Shown in pieces: positions 13,038 to 26,016 of a stretch of DNA of 64,000 nucleotides. A program made the position numbers and the translations under genes. The stretch is taken from positions 246,078,001 through 246,142,000 of the forward strand of contig NC_067403.1 in NCBI RefSeq assembly GCF_016432865.1, in the 5' to 3' direction. The first letter of the stretch is position 1. Each line of letters opens with the position of its first letter. Under the pieces are notes generated by a model. That model was not told the DNA's origin, ran no database searches, and worked only from the letters and a program-made list of their open reading frames with translations. Source of the DNA: Antechinus flavipes (Eukaryota).

Positions 13038-13072
13038 CTGCTGTTGATGATAAAATAACAGAAAACCATTAG
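13038..13072 (-). promoter_or_regulatory. Putative splice acceptor (tandem CAGCAG) of the OR5M11-like coding exon
   Basis: Minus strand reads ggttttctgttatttttatcatcaaCAG CAG g, about 100 nt upstream of the ATG. Confidence 0.5.
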
Positions 13073-13545
13073 ATTTGTTAGATTAAAATAGAGCTGTGTA
13101 TCTGCCTTAATGTACTAATGATGCTTTCAGAATTATGACTGGGAATTTATACACCTGAGGCAGTTTTTACAAAATATAATGTAGACTAAGCAGCATGAAT
13201 GACATATTCAAATTAGTTTTTTTTTTTTAGACAAAGTGGGATAATCTGAGAACAGAAGGCTCTGGAAAACTGAAGGTATTTCCCTTTGAAAAAGGAGATA
13301 GAGACCCTGGAATATTGGGAAGTCTACTATGGGTTATAAAGTATTGGGACACACCAGACAGAAGTTAACTCAGAAGTTCTGAATTAAACTTAGATATAGC
13401 CTGTCTTCCAGTGACTTCCTGTTTTAGAATAGGGAATGGAATTGTGATGTGTTTTTTTTTTTTTTTTTTGTTTAGAAAATTTCCTGAAGAGGAAATTCCT
13501 ACCAGAGTAAATTTGCACTTTTTTCTGAAACTGTTTGTCAAAGAT

Positions 13546-13737
13546 TCAGCTTCTTAAACTGTAAGTTACAATGATATAATGATATATTGGGTCTCATAAC
13601 TGAATGTAGGAGTCATGAAATTATGATTTAGTTTCAGTAACTTTTTGCTTTGTATATCTATTTTCTATGCTTGAGATCATATAAAATTTTCTTAAGCAAA
13701 AAAGCATCATGAATGGAAAAAATTTAAGAAGCCCTAG
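13546..13737. mobile_element. hAT-like non-autonomous DNA transposon (MITE)
   Basis: Terminal inverted repeats gcttcttaaac...tttaagaagccct; a related copy sits at 55168-55353. Confidence 0.7.
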
Positions 13738-13869
13738 TCAGCTGACTGTGGTGTGACTGAAAGGCTAGGACCCTGCTCTGCTAATTCTGAGGGAAAATTT
13801 CTATTCATTAAACCATGCAACTCTTCCAGGTAGATGATTTTTATTTAACCGATTAGCACTGCTAATTAA

Positions 13870-14113
13870 GGGCAGGTAGGTAGCACAGTGCATAATGCCA
13901 GACCCTGGAGACAGCAAAACTCATCATCTTCAGTTCACATCTGGCCTCAGACACACTAGCTGTTTGACTTTGGGCAAGTCATTTAACCCTGTTTGCCTTA
14001 GTTTTATCATCTGTAAAAATGTACAAGAGAATGAAATGTCAAATTACTCCACTGTTAGGAAAAACCCAGTTGAGGGTAGGATAGCTCTCAATTCACTGAA
14101 ATAACCACAAAAA
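13870..14113 (+). mobile_element. MAR1-type CORE-SINE with RTE-like tail
   Basis: gggcaggtaggtagcacagtg...tgggcaagtcatttaacc...gaaatgtcaaattactcc. Confidence 0.75.
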
Positions 14114-14216
14114 ATGCCAATCAAAGGCTAAAGTCAGTTAATTCTCCTTGAGAAGGAATGACAATTGCTATTGGTCCTCTCTTCAATCCTAGAGTATAAA
14201 TACTGAGATAGATATA

Positions 14217-14220
<4 letters not shown>

Positions 14221-14274
<54 letters not shown>
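14221..14274. repeat. (AT)n microsatellite
   Basis: Seen directly. Confidence 0.98.
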
Positions 14275-14279
<5 letters not shown>

Positions 14280-14452
14280 ATCACTTTCCTGACCTCTAGT
14301 GCTTTTCCTGTTAGACATCTCCTAATAGGTAGTTCATAGGCTCAACATATTCAGAACAGAACCCATGATCTTCTTCTTCAAAACTCCTTTTTTTTTAATT
14401 TCTAGTACCTCTGTATCTACTATACAACTATGCTTTCAGAAATTAAGACTGA

Positions 14453-15226
14453 CACCAAAACTATTTGGTATTGGCTAAGAAATAGATTAGTTGATCAGTG
14501 GAAAAGATTAGGTTCACAAGACAAAATAGCCAACTATAGCAGTCTAGTGTTTGACAAACCCAAAGAGCCTAACTTTTTGGATAAGAATTCATTATTTGAC
14601 AAAAACTGTTGGAAAAACTGGAAATTAGTATGGCAGAAATTAGGCATGGATCCACACTTAACACTGTATACCAAAATAAGATCAAAATGGGTCCATGATT
14701 TAGGCATAAAGAATGAGATCATAGGGCAGAAGCAGCTATACCCAAAGAAAGAACACTGGGAGATGAATATAAACTGCTTGCATTTTTGTTTTTTTTCCCG
14801 GGTTATTTATACCTCCTAAATTCAATTCTCCCTGTTCAACAAGAAAACTGTTCGGTTCTGCACACGTATATTGTATCCAGGATATACTGTAACCTATTCA
14901 ACATGTAAAGGATTGCTTGCCATCTGGGGAAGGGGGTGGAGGGAGGGAGGGGAAAAATTGGAGCAGAAGTGACTGCAAGGGATAATGTTGTAAAAAATTA
15001 CCCTGGCATGAGTTCTATCAATAAAAAGTTATTAAAAAAAAGAGAGAGAGAGAGAACAAAAAAAAAAAAAAAGAATGAGATCATAAATAAATTAGAGGAA
15101 CTTAGGATAGTTTACCTCTCAGATTTGTGGAGGAGGAAGAAATTTATAACCAAAGATGAACTAGAGATCATTATTGATCACAAAATAGAAAATTTTGATT
15201 ATATCAAATTAAAAAGTCTTTGTAAA
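14453..15226 (+). mobile_element. Internal L1 ORF2 fragment, truncated at both ends and flanked by a 15-bp TSD
   Basis: Encodes [10 protein letters not shown]...IKLKSLC. Repeats agaaattaagactga 14438-14452 and agaaattaggactga 15227-15241. No 3' UTR or poly-A of its own. Confidence 0.88.
14724..15069 (+). mobile_element. L1 3' UTR-only insertion nested in the L1 fragment
   Basis: Matches 3783-4090 with an A-rich tail. Perfect 16-bp TSD aaagaatgagatcata at 14708-14723 and 15070-15085. Confidence 0.95.
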
Positions 15227-15692
15227 AGAAATTAGGACTGAATACTTTTATTTTTATTTCCTCTCTCTCTTTCCTCACATTCAATTAGTTGCTGTCTTGT
15301 CACATTTTATTCTCACGATAAGTTTTTTTCTTTATCTTACTCTCTTCACTCCTCCATTCAGTTGTTAGATTTTGTTTTTCTGACTTCCACATCCCTCTAG
15401 TATTCTTCCCCTCTCCATTCTAAAAGCCCTCAGACTTATAGGCCCTCTTTGCCTCTTACCTGAACTATTACATGTTTTGTACTTAGGATGCCCACATCTA
15501 GAATTTCTCAACTCTAATCCACATGATGTCAAAGAGATATTTCCAAATCCCAGTTGCAACTACATCATTCCCTTCCTCAAAAATCTTCAGTTTCTCTCTC
15601 TCATCACTAGAATAAAACAAAAATTCCTTAAACTGACATTTACTAGACTCCACAATTTAGATTCACCTTAAGTTTTAAAAATTATCTAAATG

Positions 15693-15825
15693 AGGACAGC
15701 TAGATGGTGCAATGGATAGAACACAGCCCTAGAATCAGAAGGATCTGACTTTGAATCCAGCCTCACACACTTAATATTTAGTAGTTGTGGGACCCTGAAT
15801 TTGGGGTTCACATAACCCCAAATGT
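15693..15825 (+). mobile_element. Marsupial CORE-SINE
   Basis: ggacagctagatggtgcaatggatagaacacagccctagaatcagaaggatctgactttgaatcc. Confidence 0.8.
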
Positions 15826-16914
15826 CTCATCCTTCCAAAAACTCTAAATTTATTCTCATCATTCCAGTCAAATTGTGCCACTTGCTTTTGCCTTTTCACA
15901 CCATTCCTGTGTCCTTTTTCTCTCCCTTTCCACAGTTTTTCTCCAAGCTAAGAATATATTGCCTTCTTATGTCGACTTTTTGCAGTTCTAGTTCCTTCAA
16001 GATCATTTCAAGTGGTGAATTCTAAAGAAAGCCTATCCTTATTCTCTTTCCACCCTCTTCTTTTTATTGGAACTCACTGCCTAGAAATTACACTGGGTTT
16101 ATTTTTATCTTATTTTATGTACATATTCTTATCTCCAAAATAATTAATGTATTTTGTAAGTGATTGCTTCATTTTTTCACTCCAACTTTCATTTTTATTA
16201 TATTTCTTCATTTTAAAAAAGGATACCAAATAAATATTATAAATAGGCAAACAATTAAAGATCTGAACAATAGAAGCTGATGGGATAAGACATTCTTTTT
16301 TGTTTCTATAAAATCCAGTACAATGTTTGAATTTGTCATTTCTTTCTCCAGCTCATTTTACATATGAGCAACTGGTACAAACAGTGTCAAGTGACCCCAG
16401 AATCACATAGTTAATAAGCATCTCAGGCTAAATTTAAACTCAAGATGAGTCTTCCTGTCTCCAGTACCAGTGTTCTATCCACTACTCTATGTAGCTGCCC
16501 CTGAAATTAAATGTGTAAGAGGCCGAATATATTTGGCAGCAAAAGGCAGATGGAGCAGGATGAATTCTGTAAATGTGTCATTAAAATTTCTGCAACAAAT
16601 TAATAATATTAAGCACTTAGATATAAATTTATAAAGACTATCTCATTTGATACAACAGCTGTGGGCAGGAAGAACCCATTATTATCCCCATTCTACAGTT
16701 GAGCAAATTTTCTAAATATTTGAGTCTAGTTTTGGACTCAAGTCTTTTTTTATTCAAGGTAAAGGATTTTTTTTTTTTTTGCCCTGAGCCATCTAGCTAT
16801 CTTTAATTGAACTAATTTGTTGACTTGGCAGGGGCTTAACACTCCTGTCAATCTTCCATCTGGCAATGGAGACAAAAATCAAAATTCATTTCCTAGTAGA
16901 ATATCCATAAATAT

Positions 16915-18730
16915 CATATGAGATTACATTTTTTAAAAATCTACTACTCAACATCAATTAAAAAGAAAAGATATGTGAGTAATTATTCCTGAAAACCAGC
17001 AACTTAACTTTAGTTATCTTGTTCTTCATGGCAGGGGTGAACCTTCACCAAATTGAGCACTCCCCTCTGATTGACATCTCAAGAGTAATCAAGAATGCTA
17101 AAAACAGTTGTTGAAAAATATAGAAGAAAGCAACTTATGAAATAAGATTCCCTATGATTAATTCCAACAAGTGTGACCAGAGACACAGAGCAGATCATTC
17201 CAGATATCACCACCATTATTCTCTCCCCACCCAGGCATGACTATGGAAAATAGAAAGGTACCACCATCACTTAGCATTAATTTGTGGCAGTTGCTAACTT
17301 TCTCCCATTTGTCATAATCAAAAGTTGTATATGTAAACTGGTTAAGATATGATTAAAAACTTGAATTGTACTAGCTTTGGTTACTTTTTAAAAATTACTG
17401 ATTTAATCTAAACTTGATAAATACGTACAATCATAATGATTGACGATCATCTGTTTTAATATTTAAGCTGAAAGAGAATTTAGGAAGATTTCAGAGATTA
17501 GATCTAAAGTTAAATTGGAAATTTAAATTAAAAGGAGTCTATGAACATAAAATACCAAAGCCAAAAAATGATCTTAAGATTTAGGAAATTCGAATTGGAA
17601 GAGAACTTAGAAATTAGAATACTAGTAAAAGGATGAACTGTCCTTGAAGCTCCACTTATATTTCTGCTAAAATTCTTGTGATCCAAATTCCTGCTTTTCT
17701 ATTTTGCCAGAGGAGAGTCCAATTTTACAATGACATTTGTCTTTGAAAAAATTTTATCTTTGAGGCCAAGTGAATGTGAAAGACCTATTCAATAAAATAA
17801 TTTTGTCAATAGTGTAAAAAATAAGCCTAATTTTTTCTTATGATTTGGTTTGAATCTAGAAATAACTGAAATGAAGAGTCCCATGACTCCTAACAAAGAC
17901 TCCCCAAGAAACTGAAATAAGTCTAATTAGCCATGATTTCCTAAAGAAGAATAATGACTGAGCCTACCTGTGAAAGTGGAGATTGCTCTGGGACCACTGG
18001 GAAGAGGAAGTGAGGGAAGAAGCTTTATACCCATACCTTTCCCTTGGAGAAATGTTCTCTAAAGAATTTCTTATTAGTTTCTTGATGATGTAATTAGAGG
18101 AGGCTCGTTGAGTCATCAGGGGAATCAATCCTTTACTGAGAAGTGTAACTTTTCCTGTTGTTCTTGTTTTCAGAGTGAACAAACAGATGGACAAGTGAAT
18201 ATTTTCTCAAGACCTTTTTGGTGCTTTCAGAAAATTGTGGATTTGTATGCATAGCATTTAGAGGTTTCAAACCAATCTTTCCATCAAAAAACATTTATTT
18301 AAAAACTACTATGTATTAATAATGGCTATGATAATACAGATACAAAATGAGACAATTCCAAATATCAAGAAACTTTTATTTCCCACAAGGGAAATGCCTT
18401 GTCTGAATATATGTGAATAAATAAATTTACAAATAAACAAATATACATACATATATACATCTACATGTCTATATCTCCACATATGTATATATCACATATA
18501 TGACATATATGTGCATATATATACATATGTTTATATATATATACATACATATATACATATGTTTATATATATATACATACATATATATATATATATAATA
18601 CAAACAGAATTAATTCCTAGATGGGAAGTTGTTCAAAGAAAAGAGGAAAGGTTTATTAAAATAATAATGACAGTAATATTTTAGCAACTTTTCCATTTTT
18701 ACCTTAAAATAGGAAACTAGACTTTACAAT
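16915..18730. repeat. Segmental duplicate, copy B (no L1 insertions): intron and promoter region of the OR5M11-like gene
   Basis: Colinear with 1-105 + 1215-1335 + 4115-5660. Carries a single copy of the TSD at 17113-17129. Confidence 0.93.
17966..18125 (-). promoter_or_regulatory. Putative 5' non-coding exon and promoter of the OR5M11-like gene (intron about 4.9 kb)
   Basis: Donor CAG|GTAGGC (GT 17967-17966), O/E-like TCCCTTGGAG 18040-18049, TAATTA 18091-18096, TGAGTCA 18109-18115. Confidence 0.6.
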
Positions 18731-18988
18731 GAGACATTATGGTGAAAAGACAGGAAGGATGTTGATGTTCCATTGAACAGTGTTGTGACTAGAGTAGTCT
18801 GGGATGCCTATTTTGGTCTTGGTCAACCTTGCTTTGGTTTGTCATCCAAGAGAGAAGATGACATGGGGTTTACTTAGGGTATCATTTCTCTACGATAATT
18901 CTTGTTTTGTAACTGTGGATTCAGGGTATAATTGCTCTATAAAGGATAATCTAGAGAGAGTCTGGGATACTTCTTTAGAACTTTTCTA

Positions 18989-21375
18989 GGAGAGTCAGAG
19001 CCAAGATGTTGGAGTAAAAGCAGGAACTTGCCCAGCCTCTCCCCTAAAGTGTTACAAATTCTTTTAAATAATGAAGCTAAACAGATTTTTAGAGCTTCAG
19101 AACACCCCCAAAAGATGGAATAGAATATTTCGAAGTTGAAGGCAATTTAGAAGCTCAGCAGAAAAGGTCCAGTGTGCAGCCCTGGATCCCACCCCAATCC
19201 AGACCAGGTCCGTCCTCTGAATCAGTGGCAGTTGTAGCAGCTTCTAGACCTTTCAGCTCAAAGACATATAACAGCAGAAAAGGTCTGTGGAACTAGAGTG
19301 GGATCCAGCATGCAATTCTAGCAGAGGCTTAGCCCTTGTCCCAGCTCCAGAGCAGGCTCAACAGTCAATGAGGCAGGACTTCTAAATCACACAGTACTGA
19401 AGGCTTCTGGATCTCTCAGCCTGGGGATACCAGAGACAACTCAAAAGGTCAGTGGACAGGATCTGTAGCAACTGATGTGCAGTCCCAATGCAACCTGGGT
19501 CAGCAGAGCCCCAGCCTTGGCCAACACACTAGACCTTACAGCTACAGTGACCCTAAAAGCTCCAGGGCAGATAAAAGTGCTTATTGTCAGATTCCTAGAA
19601 AGATCTCTGAAAACAGCTGCCAAAAAACGTTGAAGCTCAGTACAATGCATCTTCCACACTTGAAACAGGGTCCTATTTTAACAAAAAGTTAAATGCTGGG
19701 CAATAGGCTAGAGAAAATTAACAGAAAACAAAAAAAAATGTTTCTGACCTTTGAAAGTTATTATGATGCCAAGGAGGATCGAAATGTACTGAGAAGATGA
19801 TAACAAAGTTAAAGCTCTTACATCTAAAGCCTCAGAGAGAAATAAGAATTGGATATAGGCCAAGGAAGAGCTCAAAAAGACTTTAAAAATCAAGTAAGAG
19901 AAATAAAAGAAAAATTAGAGAAAGAATTGAGAGAGGTGCAAAAGGAAATGCAAAAAGCTAATGAAAAAATTACCTCAAAAAGCAAAATTGGCCAATAAGG
20001 AAAGAAGGTACAAAAGATCACTAAGGAAAATAATTTCTTAAAAAATAGAATTGAGCAAATGGAAGCTAATGACTTTATAAGAAATAATACAATTAAGCAA
20101 AACCAAAAAAAAGTGAAAAATTAGGGGAAGATGCGAAATATATCATTAGAAAAACAACTGCCCTGGAAAATAGATGCAGGAGAGATATTTTAATAATTAT
20201 TGGTCTACCTGAAAGGCATTATCAAAAACAAAAGCATGAAATTATCTAGGAAACTGCCTGATACTCTAGAACCAGAGGTAAACTAGAAATTGAAAGAATC
20301 CACCATATACCTCCTTACATACAAAAATAAAAACTCCAGGAATATGATAGCCAAATTCTGGAACTTCCAGGTTAAGAAAAAAAATATTATAAGCATCCAG
20401 AAAGAAAAAAAATCAAGTATAATGGAGCTATAATTAGGATAACACAAAATCTTATAGTTTCTATCTTAAAGGACTGAAGGGTTTGGCATATGATGTTCAG
20501 GAGAGCAATGAAGCTAGGATTGTGACCAAGAATCACCTACCCAGGAAAATTGGGTATAATCCTTTAAAGTAAAAGTTGGTCATTCAACAAAACTGGAGAT
20601 TTTGAAGCATATACGATTAAAAGACCAGAGTTGAATGGAAATTTTGATTTTCAAATACAGGTTTCTGAAGAAGCATAAGGAAATAATCAGGAAAGTGATA
20701 TAAGGAACTTAAGAAGGTTGATCTGTTTATATTTCTATATGGGAGGATGATATGTATAACTCATTAGAAGATTCACATTCTAATGGCAGTTAGAAGGAAT
20801 GTATATAGACAGAGGGAATGGGATTATGAAAGAATAATATCTTTTTTTTAATGATGGAATTTAGGGATGAGAAAGGGATTTACTGGGAGAAAGGGAAAGG
20901 AAGAAGTTGAATGGTACAAATGGTCTGCCATAAAAAAAGAGTCAAGGAAAAGCTTTTATGGGAAGAGAGGGAGAAGAGCAGTGAGTAACTCTTACTTTCA
21001 TCCAAATTGGCTGTAATAAGAAATGATATACATACACAAAAGCAGAAAATAACCAGAGGAATGGGATATGGAAAAGAAAGGGAGGGTGATAAAAAGAGAG
21101 TATATTGAGGGAAGAACTGATCACTATCAATAATAAAACACTTTTGAGGAGGGATTGGGTAAAAGGAAAGGGAGAAAAAATGGGGAGAAATATAATTAGC
21201 AATAGTAATTATAAATAATTCAAAGCAAGTTTCTCTGATAAAATATTGTTGTTCTCTGGGAAGTGATGATCAGGATGCTCTCAGAAAAATAAAAATAAAA
21301 ATAAAAAAACCTGGAAAGGTCTCCATGACATCTATTGTATATAAAGTAATAGCAATATTCTGGGATGACCTACTT
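18989..21375 (+). mobile_element. Old LINE-1 with 5' UTR and decayed ORF1 (about 19700-20680); ORF2 reduced to short 3' scraps
   Basis: L1 start gagtcagagccaagatg; ORF1-like ctgacctttgaaagttattatg, gaaattgaaagaatccac, ataattaggataacacaa; ORF2-end scraps at 21220-21375. Confidence 0.8.
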
Positions 21376-22004
21376 TATTTTATATCTTCCTCCTTACTAT
21401 ATAATAGCATAAATATTGGCAAAACTATATACTAGCTATCCATAGATATGATGTGTCATTTTCTACCACTCTGTGCTTTATGCAAAAAGTTCTTCATTTG
21501 CAAAATGTCCTTCTAATTTATCTTCCCTGAGAGCTCAGGTGAAATGGAATCTCCTCTGTGAAGTCTTCCTAATCCATCCAACTACAATTTTTTTTTCCCC
21601 TCAGATTTTCTTTAGGGCTCTTCCCTTAGCTCTATAACCCTTTATCTTGTATTTGATATACGTGAATATGCTTTATCTTTCTCTCTCTCTCTCTCTCTCT
21701 CTGTCTCTGTCTCTTTCTCTCTTTCTCCATATATATAAATTTGTTTATTTAGGGGAGAGAAATTCTTGGTATTTATGATGGCTTTAGATATCTGCAGTTA
21801 TTTTTGTTTTAACAAATTAAGCTGAATTTAATTGAACTAAATTTAACTGACATTTGGTGTTCTGTGTTTTGATTTTCTTTTCACCTCTACCCATGGAGTA
21901 TAGAGTATTAACTTGAAAGCAAGAAGATTTGAGTTCAAATCCAGCTTAAAATTCATAGCCTAGTAGCAATGGGATCCTGAGCAAGTCACTTTTATAGGGC
22001 AGCT

Positions 22005-22222
22005 AGATGGCTCAATGGATTTAGGAAAACTTATCTTACTGAGTTCAAATTTGACCTTAGATACTTTCTAGGGAAAAATCATTTAATTCAGTTTGTCTCC
22101 GTTTCCTCATCTGTAAAATGAACTGGAAAAGAAAATAGCCAACTGCTCCAGAATCTTTGCCAAGAAAACCCAAATGGGGTCATGGAGAGTCAGTCATGAC
22201 TGAAATAATTTAACAACAAAAC
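22005..22222 (+). mobile_element. MAR1-type CORE-SINE
   Basis: agggcagctagatggctcaatgg...gccaagaaaacccaaatggggtcatggagagtcagtcatgactgaaat. Confidence 0.85.
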
Positions 22223-22474
22223 CATAAAAAATATGTTAATAATAACTCCTATCTCCCAGGGTGATCTTGAGGATAAAATTAAAGTCCTATGTAAATCCTA
22301 GTTATTATCATAGGAGAAAGAATACTAGAGTTGGATTGAAGGGCATCTGAGCTGAAATATTATTTCAGATACTCCTCTGTGAGTATCAAAGTCTTGGGTT
22401 CCTCATCTGTCAAATGAGATAATAATAACATCTAGAAGATAGGCAGTGCTTGTTTTTGCTGTTATTTGTATTAT

Positions 22475-24325
22475 CTACTTGATGCTATCAAGGGCTTCAG
22501 GAGTCTGTGTCCTACTGGAATCTAACTGAGGAGCAACCTCAAGCATTTTGGACAAAGGAAACATTGGTATACAAGCTTTGTGTCTAAGACATTGAATGTC
22601 TGCAATCAATTTTTGGACCTGATTTAATGTGTGTACGTGGTCAGTCCAGAATTCAGGTGATTTTTTTATATACACTTTCCAGTTGAACAGAAAAATCCAA
22701 ATAGCTAAAAGGGGGTATCTCTGAATTGTTTCTGATGATATTATTAAATCTAACTATTTTGTTCTTTGTCTGTCATTTGTAACATCTCCTCCAAATCCTC
22801 AGGCTGTGGAGGACTAGCCAAAATATCATTCTTATAATGTAGGATGATGGCATCAGAGTAGTGTTTCCTTATCTTGCTAATAAGAATTGGCATATGATAT
22901 GGCTGTTTTTCATACCATGTGGCAATACCTTCCACTAAAATCTCTTCACAGGTCCTTGAAAATTATATGTTGATACTGAGAAAGCAAATCTATTCCTGTC
23001 CTCAGGGTGAAGGGAGATAGAGTAAAAGCAATCCTTAATATCTATTATCCACAAGGGTCATTTCTTGAGGATCATGTTTGGGGATGGCAAACCTGCCTGT
23101 AAAGAACTTATATCTTCTAGGACTGAATTTACTTGTCTCAAATTTGTTCCCATTCTCCATTTATCAGATTTTTTTCTTTATAACAAATACAGGGAAGTTC
23201 CATGGGTTGTTACCTCAATATGTCCTAATTCTAATTGTTCTTGTACTAATTGATGGAGAATGGCTGTTTTTTCTTTAGTCCGGGGCCATTGCTCCACCCA
23301 TACCAGTGTATCAGTAGTCCAAGTCATTTTTTGGAACAGTGGAAGCTGCAGCAGCAATGACTTCTCCTAAAAATCTGTGGTGATTTTCATTCCTAATTGG
23401 TGTAATATATCCCTGCCCCATAAGTTAACATGCAAGCCATCTATTATTCAAGGAAAAATGGTTCCTATCTTTCCGTCTTTTTGCCAATTTACTGGTTCAG
23501 CAGACATCAAAGACTCCTTACTGCCTCCTATCCCTGCCACTCTATGGTTAGCTGAAATCACAGGCTATCAAGGGGACCACCAAAAAGCAGCCACCACAGC
23601 CCTGTCTGCTCCAGTGTCTAGTAATCCTTCAAACTGTTGTTTATTCAAAGTAAGGGTCAATATTGGCCAAGTGAGTGTGATAGCCTTTGTAAAATATGTT
23701 TGTACAATGGCCTCTGAATTTGGACCCATCTATGGAGCTAATGCACAATTATTATTATATTTTTAACTGTAATTTCAGGTGAAATGACTATTCCTTGAAC
23801 TATACATTGCCTCTTGTTAAGATATATTTAAATATTATCAGTGTTAATCATAGTTATAGACACAGGCACTTCCTCATATATTTGTATAACTGAGATAGCT
23901 AATGATTATAGGGATAGTGGAGGATTTATAATAAAAACATAACAAAAGTTCCTATGAATCCTTATGTGTAAAATGAGGCCTTACTCTGAGTTACATCTTT
24001 AAAGGAAAGCGGTTCATATCTTCACCACTCTCTGCCTGGTCCAGAAACAGCACAGATCAATGGGCTCTCTCTCTGGACTTGGAGGTTGTCTTGACCTCAT
24101 AGCTTGTGGGAAATGTTTGACTGCAAAATTATCACTCTAGCACCTTTCTTTTCAAGTTCCTGTTTTCAGGCATCACTTGAAGTTGGCCATTCTAATGTCT
24201 AAGGACATTAATTGCAAGAGGCCTTTGGTCTCAGAAACAAGATGAATGAGGTCGGAGACTCATGGGTTGTGAAAAGAGCTCCAGTTTATTATGTTGTACA
24301 GCCTTGTTTATAAACATTTCTCAGT
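22475..24325 (-). mobile_element. Betaretrovirus-like (class II ERV) remnant: partial LTR, PBS, leader, possible dUTPase remnant, protease, RT; gag missing
   Basis: Protease LLDTGAD (23604-23621) and [51 protein letters not shown] (decayed YMDD), LNQVQKLIADI. PBS-like TGATGCCTGAAAACAGGAAC at 24156-24175. Confidence 0.9.
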
Positions 24326-25080
24326 TAAAGATACTCATAGTTCCTTCAATTGAAATATTATTTGCATAAAACTATGAAAAAAACCTACTATAAAAGTGGT
24401 ATCATGAGAGTTAATGTGAATAAATAAAAGTTTCATTTTTGTTTTATTTTTCAAAATTCTGAAATAATTTAAAGAAATTTTAAAAGTAACTAAATATGCA
24501 CTTCATGAAGATACAGTTATAAATGACCAAAATGTTTCAGGCAAGTTACCATCTTCCTTTTATTTTATTTTGTTTTTATTCTTTTTTTTTCAAAGATCAA
24601 GCAATTATTTTTTTTTCTTTCACCCATCAAATAGAGAATAAAAGACAAAAGACAAAAAAAAAAACCATTTGTAACTAATGTGAATTATCAAATAAAACAG
24701 ATTTCCACAGTGGCCACATCCCAAAATGGGACTCATTCTTTATATCTAGTTAAATAAATGAAGTTTCAAAAAAGGCAAAATGTCAATGTGTATAACCCCA
24801 TAGATATAACATTCTAAAAATGTCCTTTTCTGCCTCAGATTCCCCAACTATAACATTGACATAATAATACTGTTTCATGAATCTTTGAGACTAAAATGAG
24901 ATAATATTTGTAAAATAATAAAAGAAGAGTGCCTGACACATGAGAGGAAATTAATAAATGCTTGTTTCTTTCCTTTTGGGGGGAGAAAGGCACCTCACTG
25001 AATCAGATGCTTTATTTTCAAAATGCAAAGGGTAAGGTTAATTTCCTTATGTAAATCCTATGAAATTCATCCAGCCATTT

Positions 25081-26016
25081 TTATGAAAAGTTTTTTTTCT
25101 GGAATACTTTTTTCATGGCCTCAATGACATCCTTGTTTCTGAGGCTATAGATCAAGGGATTTAGCATGGGACTCACAAAGGTATAAAAGACAGCAATCAC
25201 TTTGGATTCTTCCACAGACTGCTCAGAAGGAGGTCTTAAATACATGCAAAAGAGAGTTCCATAGAAAAGAACAACAGAAGTCAGGTGGGATCCACAGGTA
25301 GAAAAAGCCTTGCGTCTGCCTTCAGCAGATCGGATTCTCAAAATGGCAACAAAGATAAAAACATAAGAACAGAGAATGGTGAGGAGAGAGCTTAAGAGAG
25401 TAAAGCCAGCTACTATGAACATGGCCATTTTTTTGACATAGACATCAGAGCAGGACAGTAACAGGAGAGGTGGGTCAGCACAGTAGAAGTGGTTAATTTC
25501 ATTGGGTCCACAGAAGGACAAGTGAAAGGTCAATATGGACTGGGAAAGGCCATTCAGGAAGCCATAGACATAGGGAACAATGACTAAGCAGAGGCAAACA
25601 TTCTGGTTCATTTTGGTGCTGTAATGCAGAGGACTGCTGATGGCCACGTAGCGATCAATGGCCATTGAAGCAAGGATATAAAATTCTGTGATCACCAAGG
25701 CAATGAAGGAAAGACACTGGATAAAACATCCTGCATAAGAGATGGCTTTTCTCTCAGAGAGGAAATGGACTAGCATCTGAGGGGTGATGTTGGAAGAGTA
25801 ACATAAATCAACGAAGGAGAGATGACTGAGGAAAAAGTACATGGGAGTATGGAGTTGTGGGCTCTTATGAATCAGCATGATCATGCCCACATTCCCCACC
25901 AGAGTGATGGTGTAGATAAGTAGAAAGATAATGAAAAGGATCTTCTGCAGTTCTGGATCCGCAGTTAGACCCAGCAGGATGAATTCAGTTACTTCAGTAT
26001 AGTTTGGAGGAGACAT
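25081..26016 (-). CDS. OR5M1-like: Olfactory receptor OR5M1/OR5M10-like, copy 1, 311 aa from MSPPNYT
   Basis: All OR motifs present; [24 protein letters not shown] and [20 protein letters not shown] match OR5M1 as recalled. The ORF-track Met at 26049 lies upstream of an acceptor at 26028. Confidence 0.96.
   Translation of the reverse strand: MSPPNYTEVTEFILLGLTADPELQKILFIIFLLIYTITLVGNVGMIMLIHKSPQLHTPMYFFLSHLSFVDLCYSSNITPQMLVHFLSERKAISYAGCFIQCLSFIALVITEFYILASMAIDRYVAISSPLHYSTKMNQNVCLCLVIVPYVYGFLNGLSQSILTFHLSFCGPNEINHFYCADPPLLLLSCSDVYVKKMAMFIVAGFTLLSSLLTILCSYVFIFVAILRIRSAEGRRKAFSTCGSHLTSVVLFYGTLFCMYLRPPSEQSVEESKVIAVFYTFVSPMLNPLIYSLRNKDVIEAMKKVFQKKNFS

Larger units (their letters stand above)
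14285..16180 (+). mobile_element. L2 element interrupted by L1 (14453-15226) and a SINE (15693-15825)
   Basis: ctcaacatattcagaacagaacccatgatcttc and cctcacattcaattagttgc...cccttcctcaaaaatcttc follow the L2 3' consensus as recalled. Confidence 0.7.

Noticed and set aside
18730-18985. Possible retroelement coding remnant next to the duplication breakpoint
   Set aside because: No convincing motif in any frame by eye.
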